From Bacteroidaceae bacterium (GTDB lineage: Bacteria; Bacteroidota; Bacteroidia; Bacteroidales; Bacteroidaceae), in NCBI GenBank assembly GCA_045660825.1, contig JAZREN010000060.1:30709-94708 (forward strand): 64,000 nucleotides of DNA, given 5' to 3'. Position 1 is the first letter of the stretch. Each line of letters opens with the position of its first letter. The position numbers and the translations under genes are program-made. Under the pieces are notes generated by a model. That model saw only the letters and a program-made list of their open reading frames with translations. It was not told the origin of the DNA and made no database searches. Of this stretch, positions 19,845-30,038 are shown piece by piece.

Positions 19845-19914
19845 ATTGTCATTCTGAACATCGCGAAGAATCTATCCATACATCAAGATCCTTCACTACG
19901 TTCAGGATGACAAT
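19845..19914. repeat. REP-like imperfect palindrome (29-nt arms, 13-nt spacer)
   Basis: attgtcattctgaacatcgcgaagaatct ... agatccttcactacgttcaggatgacaat. The arms are complementary at 24 of 29 positions. A related copy lies at 51930-52008. Confidence 0.6.
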
Positions 19915-19926
19915 GCAGTGCGCTTT

Positions 19927-21189
19927 TTAGTCATTAACGTCGTCGTAGGTTTGATACAGGAAATCATTATAAGGATACTTCTGCACATGCAGTTCGCACA
20001 CCTTCTTGTAAATAATATCCTTCAGGTTCTCAATATTCTGTTTCTCACGTGCCGAAATGAACAAGCAGTTATCGGCAAGCTTATTCATCCATGTCTCCTT
20101 CAACTCATCGAGAGTAATATTCTCCTTTGTCTTTGGAGTGAGGTCATCCTCCTCCTTTTGAACGTATGTAAAAGCATCGATTTTGTTGAAAATTACCATC
20201 AGAGGCTTGTCGCCGCACTTGAGGTCGGCAAGTGTCTTTTCAACCACCTCAATCTGCTCCTCGAACTCGGGATGCGACACGTCAACGACGTGCAACAGCA
20301 AATCGGCCTCGCGCACCTCGTCGAGTGTAGACTTGAAGGACTCCACAAGGTCGGTAGGCAACTTACGGATGAAACCTACGGTGTCCGAAAGCAGGAATGG
20401 CAGGTTCTCAATGATCACCTTGCGAACGGTGGTATCGAGTGTAGCAAAGAGTTTGTTCTCGGCAAATACCTCGCTCTTGGCAAGCAGGTTCATGAGTGTC
20501 GATTTACCCACGTTGGTATAACCCACCAATGCCACACGTATAAGACGTCCACGGTTCTTGCGCTGTATGCTCTTCTGCTTATCTATCTGCGCCAATTGCT
20601 CCTTCAAGAGCGACATGCGGCCAAGGATGATACGGCGGTCCATCTCGAGCTGCGTCTCACCCGGACCACGCAGACCCACGCTACCGCCTTTTCCGCTACC
20701 GCCACCGGAACCACCACCCTGGCGTTCAAGGTGAGTCCACAGACGCTGCAGACGGGGGAGCATATATTTGTACTGCGCAAGCTCAACCTGCACCTTTGCA
20801 TGTGCTGTCTGCGCACGCATGGCAAAGATATCGAGAATGAGCGATGTACGGTCGAGAATCTTTATCTTGATTTCTTTTTCAATATTGCGTATCTGCTTTG
20901 CCGACAGCTCGTCGTCGAAGATGACCATACCAATCTCATCATCGGTATCCTTGAGCATCTCCACATAATCGGCAATCTCCTTGAGTTTACCTGTACCAAC
21001 ATATGTAACAGGATGTGGGTGGTCAATGCGCTGTGTAAAGCGTTTCACAACCTCGGCACCGGCTGTCTGCGCAAGGAATTCGAGTTCGTCGAGATACTCG
21101 TTTGTCTTACGCTCGTTCTGCGTAGAGGTAATAAGACCCACCAAAATGGCGGTCTCTTTCTTAGTTGTCGATATAACAAATTCTTTCAT
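19927..21189 (-). CDS. hflX: GTPase HflX
   Basis: HflX N-domain plus a G-domain (GYTNVGKSTLMN, DTVGF, NKID). Confidence 0.93.
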   Translation of the reverse strand: MKEFVISTTKKETAILVGLITSTQNERKTNEYLDELEFLAQTAGAEVVKRFTQRIDHPHPVTYVGTGKLKEIADYVEMLKDTDDEIGMVIFDDELSAKQIRNIEKEIKIKILDRTSLILDIFAMRAQTAHAKVQVELAQYKYMLPRLQRLWTHLERQGGGSGGGSGKGGSVGLRGPGETQLEMDRRIILGRMSLLKEQLAQIDKQKSIQRKNRGRLIRVALVGYTNVGKSTLMNLLAKSEVFAENKLFATLDTTVRKVIIENLPFLLSDTVGFIRKLPTDLVESFKSTLDEVREADLLLHVVDVSHPEFEEQIEVVEKTLADLKCGDKPLMVIFNKIDAFTYVQKEEDDLTPKTKENITLDELKETWMNKLADNCLFISAREKQNIENLKDIIYKKVCELHVQKYPYNDFLYQTYDDVND

Positions 21190-21238
21190 TCAAATATATC
21201 CTTATCCAAATTTATGCGAAGGTAATGATAAACGAGCG

Positions 21239-21267
21239 AAAAAAACAGAGCTAGCTTTAGTTTTTTT
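21239..21267. terminator. A/T-flanked palindrome downstream of dprA
   Basis: aaaaaaacagagct|agctttagttttttt forms a 14-bp palindromic stem with 2 mismatches. Confidence 0.45.
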
Positions 21268-21385
21268 ACTGCGGGTGCAGAATTTAGCTACACAAAAAGT
21301 GAATGATAGGAATATTTTGCAGAAAAATAGTTATCATTGCATTAATAAATTATGGAGAGCTGTGATGTATAAGATATTGAAGAAA

Positions 21386-22519
21386 TCACAAAACTGCCAC
21401 GCGGTAGCAACCGCCGGCAACGGCCTTGACAAGGCCTTTCATCTCCATTTCAAAAAGCAATGGAAGGAGCCTGTTTATTGGAATGTTGAGCAGAACGACC
21501 ATCTGGTTCACCTGCAGGCCGTCGCTATTCTCGCGCAAGGCGGTCATTACCGCACTCTCGTCAGGTGAGAGGTCGGAAAAAAGTTCAGTCTGCAACTCTT
21601 CGGCACTCTTTTTAGCGGTAGCCACCTCCCAATTCATGGCCTCCACAAAATCATAAGCACTTGTTATAAGCGCTGCCCTGTTGCGGCTGACAAGTTCGTT
21701 GCAACCCTGTGAATATTGGTCGTTTACACGACCGGGGAAGGCAAAGCAGTCACGATCATAACCCAAGGCGAGCGAGGCTGTGATGAGCGAGCCGCCCTTT
21801 GACGCCGATTCCACGACAACCGTTGCATCGGCCATGCCGGCAACAATTCTGTTGCGCTGCACAAAAAAAGGTTTAAGCGATTCTGTTCCGCTCATGAATT
21901 CGGTGAGCAGGCCGCCGTTCTCAAGCATCTGCTTTGCAGTGGCACGGTGTGCGCCGGGGTAGATGCGGTCGAGACCGTGCGCAAGCACACCAATGGTCGG
22001 CAAACCGGCCTTTAGTGCCGCGCGGTGGGCACAGACATCAATACCGTATGCAAGGCCGCTGACAATGAGCGTACCGGGCGCAAAGCGTGCCAGGTCGGCA
22101 ACAAAGTTCTCGCAAAGCGACTTGCCATACTCGCTTGCATGGCGTGTACCCACGATGGACACAATGCGACGGGTATTGAGGTCGGCGTTACCGAGCGAAT
22201 GCAGCACCAGCGGTGCATCGGCACACTCGGCAAGACGGTGGGGATAGGACTCATCGCCAAAGCAAATGAGTTTTATACCTTTTGACTCTATGAACTCCAT
22301 CTCCTTCTCGGCGAGTTCCACAAGCGAGCGGTCGCACAGCAACTGGCGCAGACGTGGCGAGGCTCCGGGCACAATGTCGCCGATGTTGCCTGCATTCTCA
22401 AGCAGTTCCTTTGCGCTACCTACGGTTTCAATGAGTTCCCTAATAAGAGCAAGTTGCGGCACCTGCACCCTTGAGAGTGCAAGCATCGCAACCTGTTCGT
22501 TAAGTATATTTGCAGCCAC
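21386..22519 (-). CDS. dprA: DNA-processing protein DprA
   Basis: Rossmann-like core IVSGLAYGIDVCAHRAALKAGLPTIGVLAHGLDRIYP and a C-terminal winged-helix. GTG start, 5 nt after the upstream stop. Confidence 0.9.
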   Translation of the reverse strand: MAANILNEQVAMLALSRVQVPQLALIRELIETVGSAKELLENAGNIGDIVPGASPRLRQLLCDRSLVELAEKEMEFIESKGIKLICFGDESYPHRLAECADAPLVLHSLGNADLNTRRIVSIVGTRHASEYGKSLCENFVADLARFAPGTLIVSGLAYGIDVCAHRAALKAGLPTIGVLAHGLDRIYPGAHRATAKQMLENGGLLTEFMSGTESLKPFFVQRNRIVAGMADATVVVESASKGGSLITASLALGYDRDCFAFPGRVNDQYSQGCNELVSRNRAALITSAYDFVEAMNWEVATAKKSAEELQTELFSDLSPDESAVMTALRENSDGLQVNQMVVLLNIPINRLLPLLFEMEMKGLVKAVAGGCYRVAVL

Positions 22520-22524
22520 AGCTG

Positions 22525-24243
22525 TTATTTCAGTATATTGCAGAAGGTAGCATCCTTCACATATTTAGCGAATTCCAAATCGCCCAATGCTTTCTTTGCC
22601 AATGATGGGTCAAGCTCAACAGCCTTCTTCAAACCATCATATACAAAGCTCACATTTGATATGCGTGCACCAAGCACTGCCTTGATATAGTATGTCATAG
22701 CATCGGGGTTCTCCATTGCCTCAAGAGTCTCACGTGCTGCAACATAGTTCTTGTTGAGAACCTGTGCCAACAGTGCGCTGTTTGTATTCTTACCCTTGAG
22801 AAGCGCAGCAGCACGACCATACTCGCCCTGTGCGATGTAGAGATTGCCAAGAGCCTCGTCACCGGCCTTTGCATCGGCACCCTTTGCCATATACCCTTCG
22901 GCCTCGGCAACATTACCCTCGAGCAACTCAAGATAACCAAGGTTCACCATCACCTCAGGAGCAGCCTTTGCCACGCTCTCGGCCTTTGCAAAATAGCTTG
23001 CTGCAGTGCTGTAGTCACCCTTGTTGTAAGCCATTACACCAAGGTTATTGTATGCGCGGTAATCATTTGGATAGAGTTTGATTGCGGTGTTGAAGATATC
23101 GGTCTGCTCTGTCTCGTCCTCAGTAAGGATTGATGAGTAAAGAATCTCCTCCAATGAGAGTTCCGAAGGGTCGGCTGCGTACTGCGCCTTGATCTGTTCG
23201 TCGGAACGACCGATAATCTGATAGTTCAATGTAACGCGTGCACGGCGCAATTTTGGAAGAATCTCATTTGCAAGCTCAGAATAGACCGATGAGATATTCT
23301 TTATCTGCTGCTCGCGCTCCTCGGGGTCGGTATACATTGAAAGCAAGCGAAGAATCAGTTCCTTGTCGGGCAGGTTTGACTGCGAAATGAGTTCCTTGAA
23401 ACCTTCCCAGTCCTCGGCAGTGTACTCACTGTCGACATAACCGTCGAGTTTTGCGTTCTTAAGTTCCTTTTTCATCTGCTTTGCAGTGTTGATCTCGCGC
23501 ACAACGGCAATACCGTCATTGAGCATCATACCACCGTCGGGCGATGCGTATGCAGATACCTTGATATCATCGAGCACCTTGTTCTCGTAATCGGTTGCAA
23601 CATCCTTGAGCGCAGCACGGAACTCCTTCATCTCTGTGCTGTTGAGCTCAGATGTGCGGAGATTTGTCTGCTGGATAAGGAACATAATGTTTGCTTCCTT
23701 TGCCTGCTTGATTACACGCTGGAAAGCATCTTCGCCAATTGCAATATTTGCAGTAGCTGCAGTCTGGCGATAGAGCTGTGATGTTGCGATGCAGCCATCG
23801 GCTACCTTAACCTCGGGAACGCTCTTTGTCTTGTTACCCTTGTTGATGACAAAACGCAGATAGAGCTCGGCATCCTCCATTGCCGGGATGTAGTCATACA
23901 GGATCTTCATCTTGAAGGTTCCGCCATTATCATATGAGATAGTGCGGTCGTTGCCACGAACCTTCTCGCCCTGGAATGTTACAGGCTCCGAGATTGCCTC
24001 GCCACCCTCATACTTGAGAACGGGAGTTATTGTCAACACCGATTTCTTATTGAAGAACTTTGCGGGGAAACGGCCGTCGATGGTAGCAGGGATCTCACTG
24101 CCGACAACCTCCAACACGCCCGGAGTAACAGTAAAGTACTCGGACTTCATACTCTTCATCTTAGAGCTGCAAGAGCTCAACATAACAGCTGCCACAACAA
24201 GCAGCAAAGATAGTTTCTTAAGCATTAATCTATAGTTTTTCAT
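22525..24243 (-). CDS. TPR-repeat lipoprotein, function unknown
   Basis: Lipoprotein signal LLLVVAAVMLSSCSS. The C-terminal ~200 aa are TPR-like (YPNDYRAYNNLGVMAYNKGDYSTAASYFAKA...). Confidence 0.6.
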   Translation of the reverse strand: MKNYRLMLKKLSLLLVVAAVMLSSCSSKMKSMKSEYFTVTPGVLEVVGSEIPATIDGRFPAKFFNKKSVLTITPVLKYEGGEAISEPVTFQGEKVRGNDRTISYDNGGTFKMKILYDYIPAMEDAELYLRFVINKGNKTKSVPEVKVADGCIATSQLYRQTAATANIAIGEDAFQRVIKQAKEANIMFLIQQTNLRTSELNSTEMKEFRAALKDVATDYENKVLDDIKVSAYASPDGGMMLNDGIAVVREINTAKQMKKELKNAKLDGYVDSEYTAEDWEGFKELISQSNLPDKELILRLLSMYTDPEEREQQIKNISSVYSELANEILPKLRRARVTLNYQIIGRSDEQIKAQYAADPSELSLEEILYSSILTEDETEQTDIFNTAIKLYPNDYRAYNNLGVMAYNKGDYSTAASYFAKAESVAKAAPEVMVNLGYLELLEGNVAEAEGYMAKGADAKAGDEALGNLYIAQGEYGRAAALLKGKNTNSALLAQVLNKNYVAARETLEAMENPDAMTYYIKAVLGARISNVSFVYDGLKKAVELDPSLAKKALGDLEFAKYVKDATFCNILK

Positions 24244-24344
24244 TCAGTTTTGTCGGTCAATGCGCGCACACGCGCATAATTGACGCAAAGTTAACGCGAC
24301 AATTCCAATTATCAAAAAAAAGAGGTGTGTCTTCGCGGTTTATT

Positions 24345-25253
24345 TTACTTTTTTTTGCAGTTACGGGGATGATGGGCAATAATTTCCTCGCGCAGACGCA
24401 CACGGTCGATATGTGTATAGATTTCAGTCGTCGAGATACTCTCGTGTCCAAGCATCACCTGTATAACACGCAGGTTGGCACCGCCCTCGAGCAGATGAGT
24501 GGCAAAGGAGTGACGGAATGTGTGCGGACTCACGTTCTTCTTTATGCCCACGCGCTCCACAAGTTCCTTGATGTGATGGAACACCGTTATGCGCGAAAGC
24601 GGCTTCTTAAGGCGTTCGCTGATGAAGACATAATCCTCGTAACCGCTCTTTATGGGTATTCTGTTGCGGTCGGCGAAATAGGCCTCGAGTTCGGCAATGG
24701 CACGCGACGAAATGGGGACAAGGCGCTGTTTGTTGCCCTTGCCCGTCACGCGTATGAACTGCTCCTTGAGATAGAGATCGGACATGCGCAATGAGCATAG
24801 CTCCGACACACGAAGCCCACAGCTGTAGAGCACCTCAATTATTGCCCTGTTCCGTTGTCCTTCGGCTGTAGCAAGGTCAATTGCATTTATTATATCATCA
24901 ATCTCCTCAAGGGTAAGCACATCGGGCAGGCGCATACCAATCTTGGGCGAACGTAGCAGTTCGGTTGGGTCTTCGGGGATGTAGCCATCGAGTTTAAGAA
25001 AACCATAGAACGAACGCAGTGACGAGATTATACGTGCCTGCGAGCGGGCATTGACACCCACATCGGCCATTGCAGAGAGGAACTCACGCAATTCATCGAG
25101 CGTAACGGTGAGCAGGCTGTCAACATCGCCAAAGAACACTAACAGTTTGTTCACATCGCCAATATAGGCCTCAACAGTGTTGGGCTGCAGCGATTTCTCG
25201 AGCTGCAGATAGATGCGATAACGCATAAGTGGCGATTTGGTGCTTCTGTTCAT
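24345..25253 (-). CDS. xerD: Site-specific tyrosine recombinase XerD
   Basis: SAM-like N-domain followed by a catalytic R...HTFRHSFATHLLEGGANLRVIQVMLGHESISTTEIYTH. The first ATG (MNRSTKS) is at 25253. Confidence 0.85.
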   Translation of the reverse strand: MNRSTKSPLMRYRIYLQLEKSLQPNTVEAYIGDVNKLLVFFGDVDSLLTVTLDELREFLSAMADVGVNARSQARIISSLRSFYGFLKLDGYIPEDPTELLRSPKIGMRLPDVLTLEEIDDIINAIDLATAEGQRNRAIIEVLYSCGLRVSELCSLRMSDLYLKEQFIRVTGKGNKQRLVPISSRAIAELEAYFADRNRIPIKSGYEDYVFISERLKKPLSRITVFHHIKELVERVGIKKNVSPHTFRHSFATHLLEGGANLRVIQVMLGHESISTTEIYTHIDRVRLREEIIAHHPRNCKKK

Positions 25254-25535
25254 TGGCGGCAATGTTTTCCACAGGCGAAGTTACAAAAAAAGGGCATTGC
25301 TATTGACTTTACACAATGAAATAATTATCTTTATAGCAACAAAAGCAAAAGAGTTATGAAGAGAGATGCCGAAATGGAAACACGACGGTAAGAATGTGAA
25401 TAAGTTTCAAGCTAAGATAACGAATCTGCAGAATTTTCTACCGTTTGTTGCAATCTTTGAGGTAAATCTCCAAGATACTTCCGCTCATTTTGAAAAATAT
25501 TGAAGCAAGCTTCATATTTCTCACTCACTTATTCG

Positions 25536-25543
25536 TATCTTTG
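25536..25543 (+). promoter_or_regulatory. -7 box TATCTTTG upstream of the O-methyltransferase operon
   Basis: TAnnTTTG match 38 nt upstream of the ATG at 25581. It lies inside the TTG-extended track ORF, which argues for the shorter start. Confidence 0.45.
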
Positions 25544-25580
25544 TTGTATCTTCGCAGTTGAAATAAGAACAGAACGCAAA

Positions 25581-26216
25581 ATGAGCCTTACCACCCCACT
25601 TGACCAGTACATTGCCGACCACAGCAGCCCAGAAGGCGACTACCTCTACAGGCTGTTCCGCGCCACTCACGTTGAGATACTGGCACCGCAAATGGCATCG
25701 GGTCATATACAGGGACGCCTGCTGAAGTTCCTTGTGAAGATGATCAAGCCACGCAGGATATTGGAGATTGGCACGTTCACCGGCTATTCGGGACTATGCA
25801 TGGCCGAGGGACTGGACGATGGTGGCAAGCTATACACATTTGAGGTTGAGGATGAGCTTGAAGATTTCACACGCCGCTGGATAGACGGTTCACCCTATGC
25901 CGACAAGATTGAGTTCATCATTGGCAATGCACTGGAGATTGTCCCCACGCTGGGCGAGAAATTCGACCTGGTGTTCATGGACGGCAACAAGCGCGAGTAC
26001 ATAAAGTATTATGAGTTGGCAATGGAGCACCTCAATGATGGCGGTTGGATTCTTGCCGACAACACTCTATGGGATGGCCACGTCATTGACCCGACGCGAC
26101 AGGATGCACAGACCAACGGAGTGAGGGCCTTCAACGACCTTATACGCAATGACGAGCGTGTTGAGGTGGTTATTCTGCCATTGCGTGACGGACTTACGAT
26201 AATAAGAAAAAAATAA
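25581..26216 (+). CDS. Class I SAM-dependent O-methyltransferase (caffeoyl-CoA OMT / YrrM-like family)
   Basis: SAM motif I ILEIGTFTGYSGL, plus FDLVFMDGNKREY and ADNTLWDG, all typical of the Methyltransf_3 family. Confidence 0.8.
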   Translation: MSLTTPLDQYIADHSSPEGDYLYRLFRATHVEILAPQMASGHIQGRLLKFLVKMIKPRRILEIGTFTGYSGLCMAEGLDDGGKLYTFEVEDELEDFTRRWIDGSPYADKIEFIIGNALEIVPTLGEKFDLVFMDGNKREYIKYYELAMEHLNDGGWILADNTLWDGHVIDPTRQDAQTNGVRAFNDLIRNDERVEVVILPLRDGLTIIRKK

Positions 26217-26223
26217 AAATCAT

Positions 26224-26559
26224 ATGGACAGTACAAGACAAAACAAGATTTCACGACTCATTCAGAAAGAGTTGAGCGAGATACTTCTTCGATTACAGAA
26301 GGAGACACGCGGTATTATGGTATCGGTGAGCGCAGTGCGCGTGAGTCCCGACCTTGGCATTGCAAAGGCATACCTGAGCGTATTCCCATCGGAGAAAGGC
26401 AACGAGGTTGTTGAACACCTTAACACAAACATCAAGGCAATACGCTTTGAACTTGGCAACAAGGTTCGCCATCAGTTGCGCATTATTCCCGAAATAAGAT
26501 TCTACATCGACGACTCACTCGATTACATTGAGAACATTGACAAGCTGTTGAAGGATTGA
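26224..26559 (+). CDS. rbfA: Ribosome-binding factor A
   Basis: 111 aa, with KISRLIQKELSEIL...VSVSAVRVSPDLGIAKAYLSV, the classic RbfA pattern. Confidence 0.9.
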   Translation: MDSTRQNKISRLIQKELSEILLRLQKETRGIMVSVSAVRVSPDLGIAKAYLSVFPSEKGNEVVEHLNTNIKAIRFELGNKVRHQLRIIPEIRFYIDDSLDYIENIDKLLKD

Positions 26560-26566
26560 TTGTGCA

Positions 26567-27790
26567 ATGAACCTGTCGCTGTACATAGCCAAGCGTTACC
26601 TGTTTTCAAAGAAGAGCCACCAGGTGATAAACATCATCTCGGGGGTAGCCATTGCGGGTATTGCCCTTGCTACAGCGGCTATGGTATGCACACTCTCGGT
26701 TTTCAACGGCTTTCAAGGCATTGTCGCCAAGCAGTTCTCGGCATTTGATGCCGACATAAAGATTACGGCTACAAGCGGGAAGGTAATAACCACCGATGCG
26801 CCCGAGATTGGCAAGGTTGCAGAGATGACTGACATCGCAGCCTTGTCGTTCTGTATAGAAGAGAAGGCCATGGTTGGATATGGCGGGCAACAGGCAATGG
26901 TAACCATAAAGGGTGTAGATGACAATTTTGCATCGCTTACCCAGATACACAAGGCTCTGTATGGCCCCGGGGAATTCATTCTCAATGATGGAATGAACGA
27001 CTATGCGGTACTTGGCGGCGGATTGGTGCAGAAGCTCAACTGCGGAGTACTCTTCACCACCCCGCTTGAGGTATACGTGCCCAACAGACAGGGCAACATA
27101 AACCTCACTATCCCGGCAAGAAACTTCAAGAAAAGCGAACTGCATTCAAGCGGTTTGGTCTTCATTCTGAACCAGCCCGAATATGACGGTGAATTCATCA
27201 TTACATCGGACAGTTTTGCGCGCAGCATCTTCCGTCGCGAGGCAAACGAAGCGACATCAATGGAACTCAAACTGAAAGAGGGGGCAAATGCAGCAAAAGC
27301 CAGGAAGGAGATTGAAAAGATTCTTGGTGGTGAATACCTCGTGCAGGACCGCTATGAGCAACAGGAGAGCATATACAAGGTGATGCAGGTTGAAAAGCTC
27401 ATCTCCTACATATTCCTCACCTTCATTCTCATGGTTGCATGCTTCAACATCATTGGTTCACTGGCAATGCTCATCATTGAAAAACGCGAGAACATGAAGA
27501 CGTTGAGCGGCCTTGGCGCAGAAAACAAGACCATTGCCAACATTTTTGTATTCGAAGGCGCCATAATATCGGCAATGGGAGCAGCTATAGGTATTGTTGC
27601 AGGCGTCGCCTTGAGCCTTGCGCAACAGCATTTCGGGCTCATCTCATTAGGAGACGGAGCAATGATTGTAGAAAGCTACCCTGTTAAAATTGTAGCAAGC
27701 GATGTGGTAATGACATTCTTCACAGTCATTGCCGTAGGCTTTGTGACTGTGTGGCTGCCGGTCAAGGCACTTACAAGAAAATATATCTGA
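26567..27790 (+). CDS. FtsX-like ABC transporter permease (LolC/E-like)
   Basis: MNLSLYIAKRYLFSKK... N-terminus, a large periplasmic loop and the C-terminal FtsX 3-TM bundle. Confidence 0.8.
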   Translation: MNLSLYIAKRYLFSKKSHQVINIISGVAIAGIALATAAMVCTLSVFNGFQGIVAKQFSAFDADIKITATSGKVITTDAPEIGKVAEMTDIAALSFCIEEKAMVGYGGQQAMVTIKGVDDNFASLTQIHKALYGPGEFILNDGMNDYAVLGGGLVQKLNCGVLFTTPLEVYVPNRQGNINLTIPARNFKKSELHSSGLVFILNQPEYDGEFIITSDSFARSIFRREANEATSMELKLKEGANAAKARKEIEKILGGEYLVQDRYEQQESIYKVMQVEKLISYIFLTFILMVACFNIIGSLAMLIIEKRENMKTLSGLGAENKTIANIFVFEGAIISAMGAAIGIVAGVALSLAQQHFGLISLGDGAMIVESYPVKIVASDVVMTFFTVIAVGFVTVWLPVKALTRKYI

Positions 27791-27797
27791 ATCTTTA

Positions 27798-28646
27798 TCA
27801 AACAAGCACAACATTCTTCACCTCTACAGGATAGTTGAGGAAAAGCGATGCCTGGTCGCCGAACTTGCCACCGGCCTCGGTGGTGCAGAACAGCGTTGTG
27901 CCACCTTTAGTACAGAGTGCATCCATAGCCGGATGACGGTGCAGATAATCCTTTAGCGATGCAGCGACAGCTGCACCCTGTGTAACAAGAGTTATGCCCT
28001 CGGGGGTGTATTTCCGGATTTTTTCAATAAGAATGGGATAGTGTGTGCAACCAAGGATTATGGTGTCAATCTCGGGGTCGCGCGAGAGGAGATTGTCAAT
28101 GTGGCGCTTCACAAAATAGTCGGCGCCATCGCACGCAAACTCATTGGTCTCTACAAGCGGCACCCACATTGGGCAAGCCTCGCCCGTAACCTCAATCTCC
28201 GGAAAAAGTTTACGTACTTCAAGCGGATAGGAGAGTGATTTGATTGTCCCCTCGGTTGCCAGCACGCCAATGTGGCGGCTTTTGGTAATGTCGCCCACAC
28301 ACTCCACTGTGGGACGTATGATACCCAGTACGCGACGGTTGGGGTCGCACAATGGAATATCGACCTGCTGAATTGTACGCAGAGCCTTGGCCGAAGCCGT
28401 ATTACATGCCAGGATCACCAACTGGCAACCCTGACGGAAGAGATAGTCGACAGCCTGGCGGGTAAATTCATACACAACATCAAACGAACGTGTACCATAG
28501 GGAGTACGCGCATTGTCGCCCAGATATATATAGTCATACTCGGGCAGCAGTTTCTTGATTTCATCATAAATCGTCAAACCACCATATCCTGAATCGAATA
28601 CTCCTATCGGGCCGGCCTCCTTTGAAAGTTGCACAAATTTATCCAT
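27798..28646 (-). CDS. murI: Glutamate racemase
   Basis: Carries GVFDSGYGGLT, ILACNTASA and LGCTHYP (the two catalytic Cys motifs). Confidence 0.93.
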   Translation of the reverse strand: MDKFVQLSKEAGPIGVFDSGYGGLTIYDEIKKLLPEYDYIYLGDNARTPYGTRSFDVVYEFTRQAVDYLFRQGCQLVILACNTASAKALRTIQQVDIPLCDPNRRVLGIIRPTVECVGDITKSRHIGVLATEGTIKSLSYPLEVRKLFPEIEVTGEACPMWVPLVETNEFACDGADYFVKRHIDNLLSRDPEIDTIILGCTHYPILIEKIRKYTPEGITLVTQGAAVAASLKDYLHRHPAMDALCTKGGTTLFCTTEAGGKFGDQASLFLNYPVEVKNVVLV

Positions 28647-28673
28647 AGTTCTTATTGTTTATTGCATCTGTCA

Positions 28674-29342
28674 TTACTGCGCGACAGACTCGTCTGTTGC
28701 TACATTACCTGCACCTATTACCACCTCTTCGTTGACAACAGCTGCAGCCTCTGTCAATTCTGTTGCGGGAAGTTGCAACTGCCCGGCCAATCCGGTACGC
28801 TCTACAAACTCGTCATAACCATCGAGATCTGTCACCGGTTTGTCGGGATAAAGCGCTGCATCGAGCAACATACGGGTTATATCAACAGCCTTGCTTGGGT
28901 TCATATATACATATGCTACAGCATCGGTATCTATCACGTAGTCGAGGTTGCAAGCGACAGCCACCTTTGCTGCGGCTATTGTTACTGCCTCGCGCGATGG
29001 CGCAAAAAGCGAGTCCTTGGCTTGGGCAAGCCATACTTTCAGTTCCTTGCGGAAGTTGACACTATTATCTACCAGACGCTGCAATTCATTCTGTCTTTTA
29101 CGCAGAATAGGTTCAGGGAAATCCCGATAACCATCAAGGAATGCCACATACTGGCGGGTGAGTTCCCTCTCGTTATGCTCAATCTCCTTTTCGCATCGCT
29201 GGCAAAGACGCTCATAATCGGCTGCAGCCTGATTATAGGATGGCAAAGCCTGCAACACGCTGTTGTTGCTATAGTACCCGAACTGTGCTTTTGCAAGCAT
29301 AGAAGAAGATAATACAATCAAGAACAAAAAGAGTTTACGCAT
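28674..29342 (-). CDS. OmpH/Skp-like periplasmic chaperone paralogue 3 (atypical, extended C-terminus)
   Basis: Signal peptide MRKLFLFLIVLSSSMLAKAQ and a coiled-coil region with the OmpH-like start FGYYSNNSVLQALPSY. An extra ~60-aa acidic tail and a CQRC pair are present. Confidence 0.6.
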   Translation of the reverse strand: MRKLFLFLIVLSSSMLAKAQFGYYSNNSVLQALPSYNQAAADYERLCQRCEKEIEHNERELTRQYVAFLDGYRDFPEPILRKRQNELQRLVDNSVNFRKELKVWLAQAKDSLFAPSREAVTIAAAKVAVACNLDYVIDTDAVAYVYMNPSKAVDITRMLLDAALYPDKPVTDLDGYDEFVERTGLAGQLQLPATELTEAAAVVNEEVVIGAGNVATDESVAQ

Positions 29343-29423
29343 TTCTTTGATTTTTAACTTGTTATAATTAACAGGAAACAACCCCCTACAAAAGGGAGTT
29401 GTCCTGTAAAATGTTGGGATGTA

Positions 29424-29954
29424 TTACTTAGCAGGAGCTGCGGGAACTGCATTTGCTGCAATACCGAGCTTTGCCTTTACCTTTGCTGTTACATCATCGC
29501 AAAGAGTTGTATTGATGAAAGGAATACCACCTGCCAAGTCAAAGATACATACGTATGAACCCTCCTTGCCAACAGTGTCAAGTGCACCCTGGAGCTTTTG
29601 GTTAATCTCAATCATCTTCTCCTGCTCGGCCTTCTGAAGATTCTGCTGAACCTCCTGACCATACTCCTGAAGACGCTGCTGCAACTGCATCAACTCCTCG
29701 TAACGACGCTTGAGGATATTCTCGGGAACTGAATCCTGCTGCATCTTCTCAAACTCTGTACCCTTCTTCTCAAGTTCAGTACGAATGCTGTTGAACTCAT
29801 CGGTGTACATCTTCTCAAGCGCCTGAACATCCTTCAACGCCTTGGCATACTCAGGCATAACCTGAATAATCTCGGCTGAGTTTACATAGCCGAATTTCTG
29901 TGCCAAAAGGCTCATTGGAGCCAGCATCAGAATCAAAATCAAAAATTTCTTCAT
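29424..29954 (-). CDS. OmpH family outer membrane protein (Skp-like chaperone)
   Basis: MKKFLILILMLAPMSLLAQKFGYVNSAEIIQVMPEY... followed by a Q/E/K-rich coiled coil. ATG at 29954. Confidence 0.8.
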   Translation of the reverse strand: MKKFLILILMLAPMSLLAQKFGYVNSAEIIQVMPEYAKALKDVQALEKMYTDEFNSIRTELEKKGTEFEKMQQDSVPENILKRRYEELMQLQQRLQEYGQEVQQNLQKAEQEKMIEINQKLQGALDTVGKEGSYVCIFDLAGGIPFINTTLCDDVTAKVKAKLGIAANAVPAAPAK

Positions 29955-30038
29955 TTTTTCAATATTTAAATTAAACAAATTCACACTCCTGCATATATGA
30001 CTGAAAAATCAGCCATTGGTTACATTGACAAATGTTAA

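Noticed and set aside
19918-21225. A 435-aa plus-strand ORF spanning the whole hflX locus.
   Set aside because: It is antisense to a minus-strand frame that carries unmistakable HflX G-domain motifs (GYTNVGKSTLMN, DTVGF, NKID). The plus-strand product is Leu/His/Cys-rich with no motifs, so it is a stop-free shadow frame.
24345-25262. The tyrosine recombinase as the integrase of a mobile element.
   Set aside because: Its length, XerD-like N-terminus and catalytic motifs fit chromosomal XerD. So does a purely housekeeping neighbourhood (dprA, rbfA, the methyltransferase). No flanking repeats or cargo genes are present.
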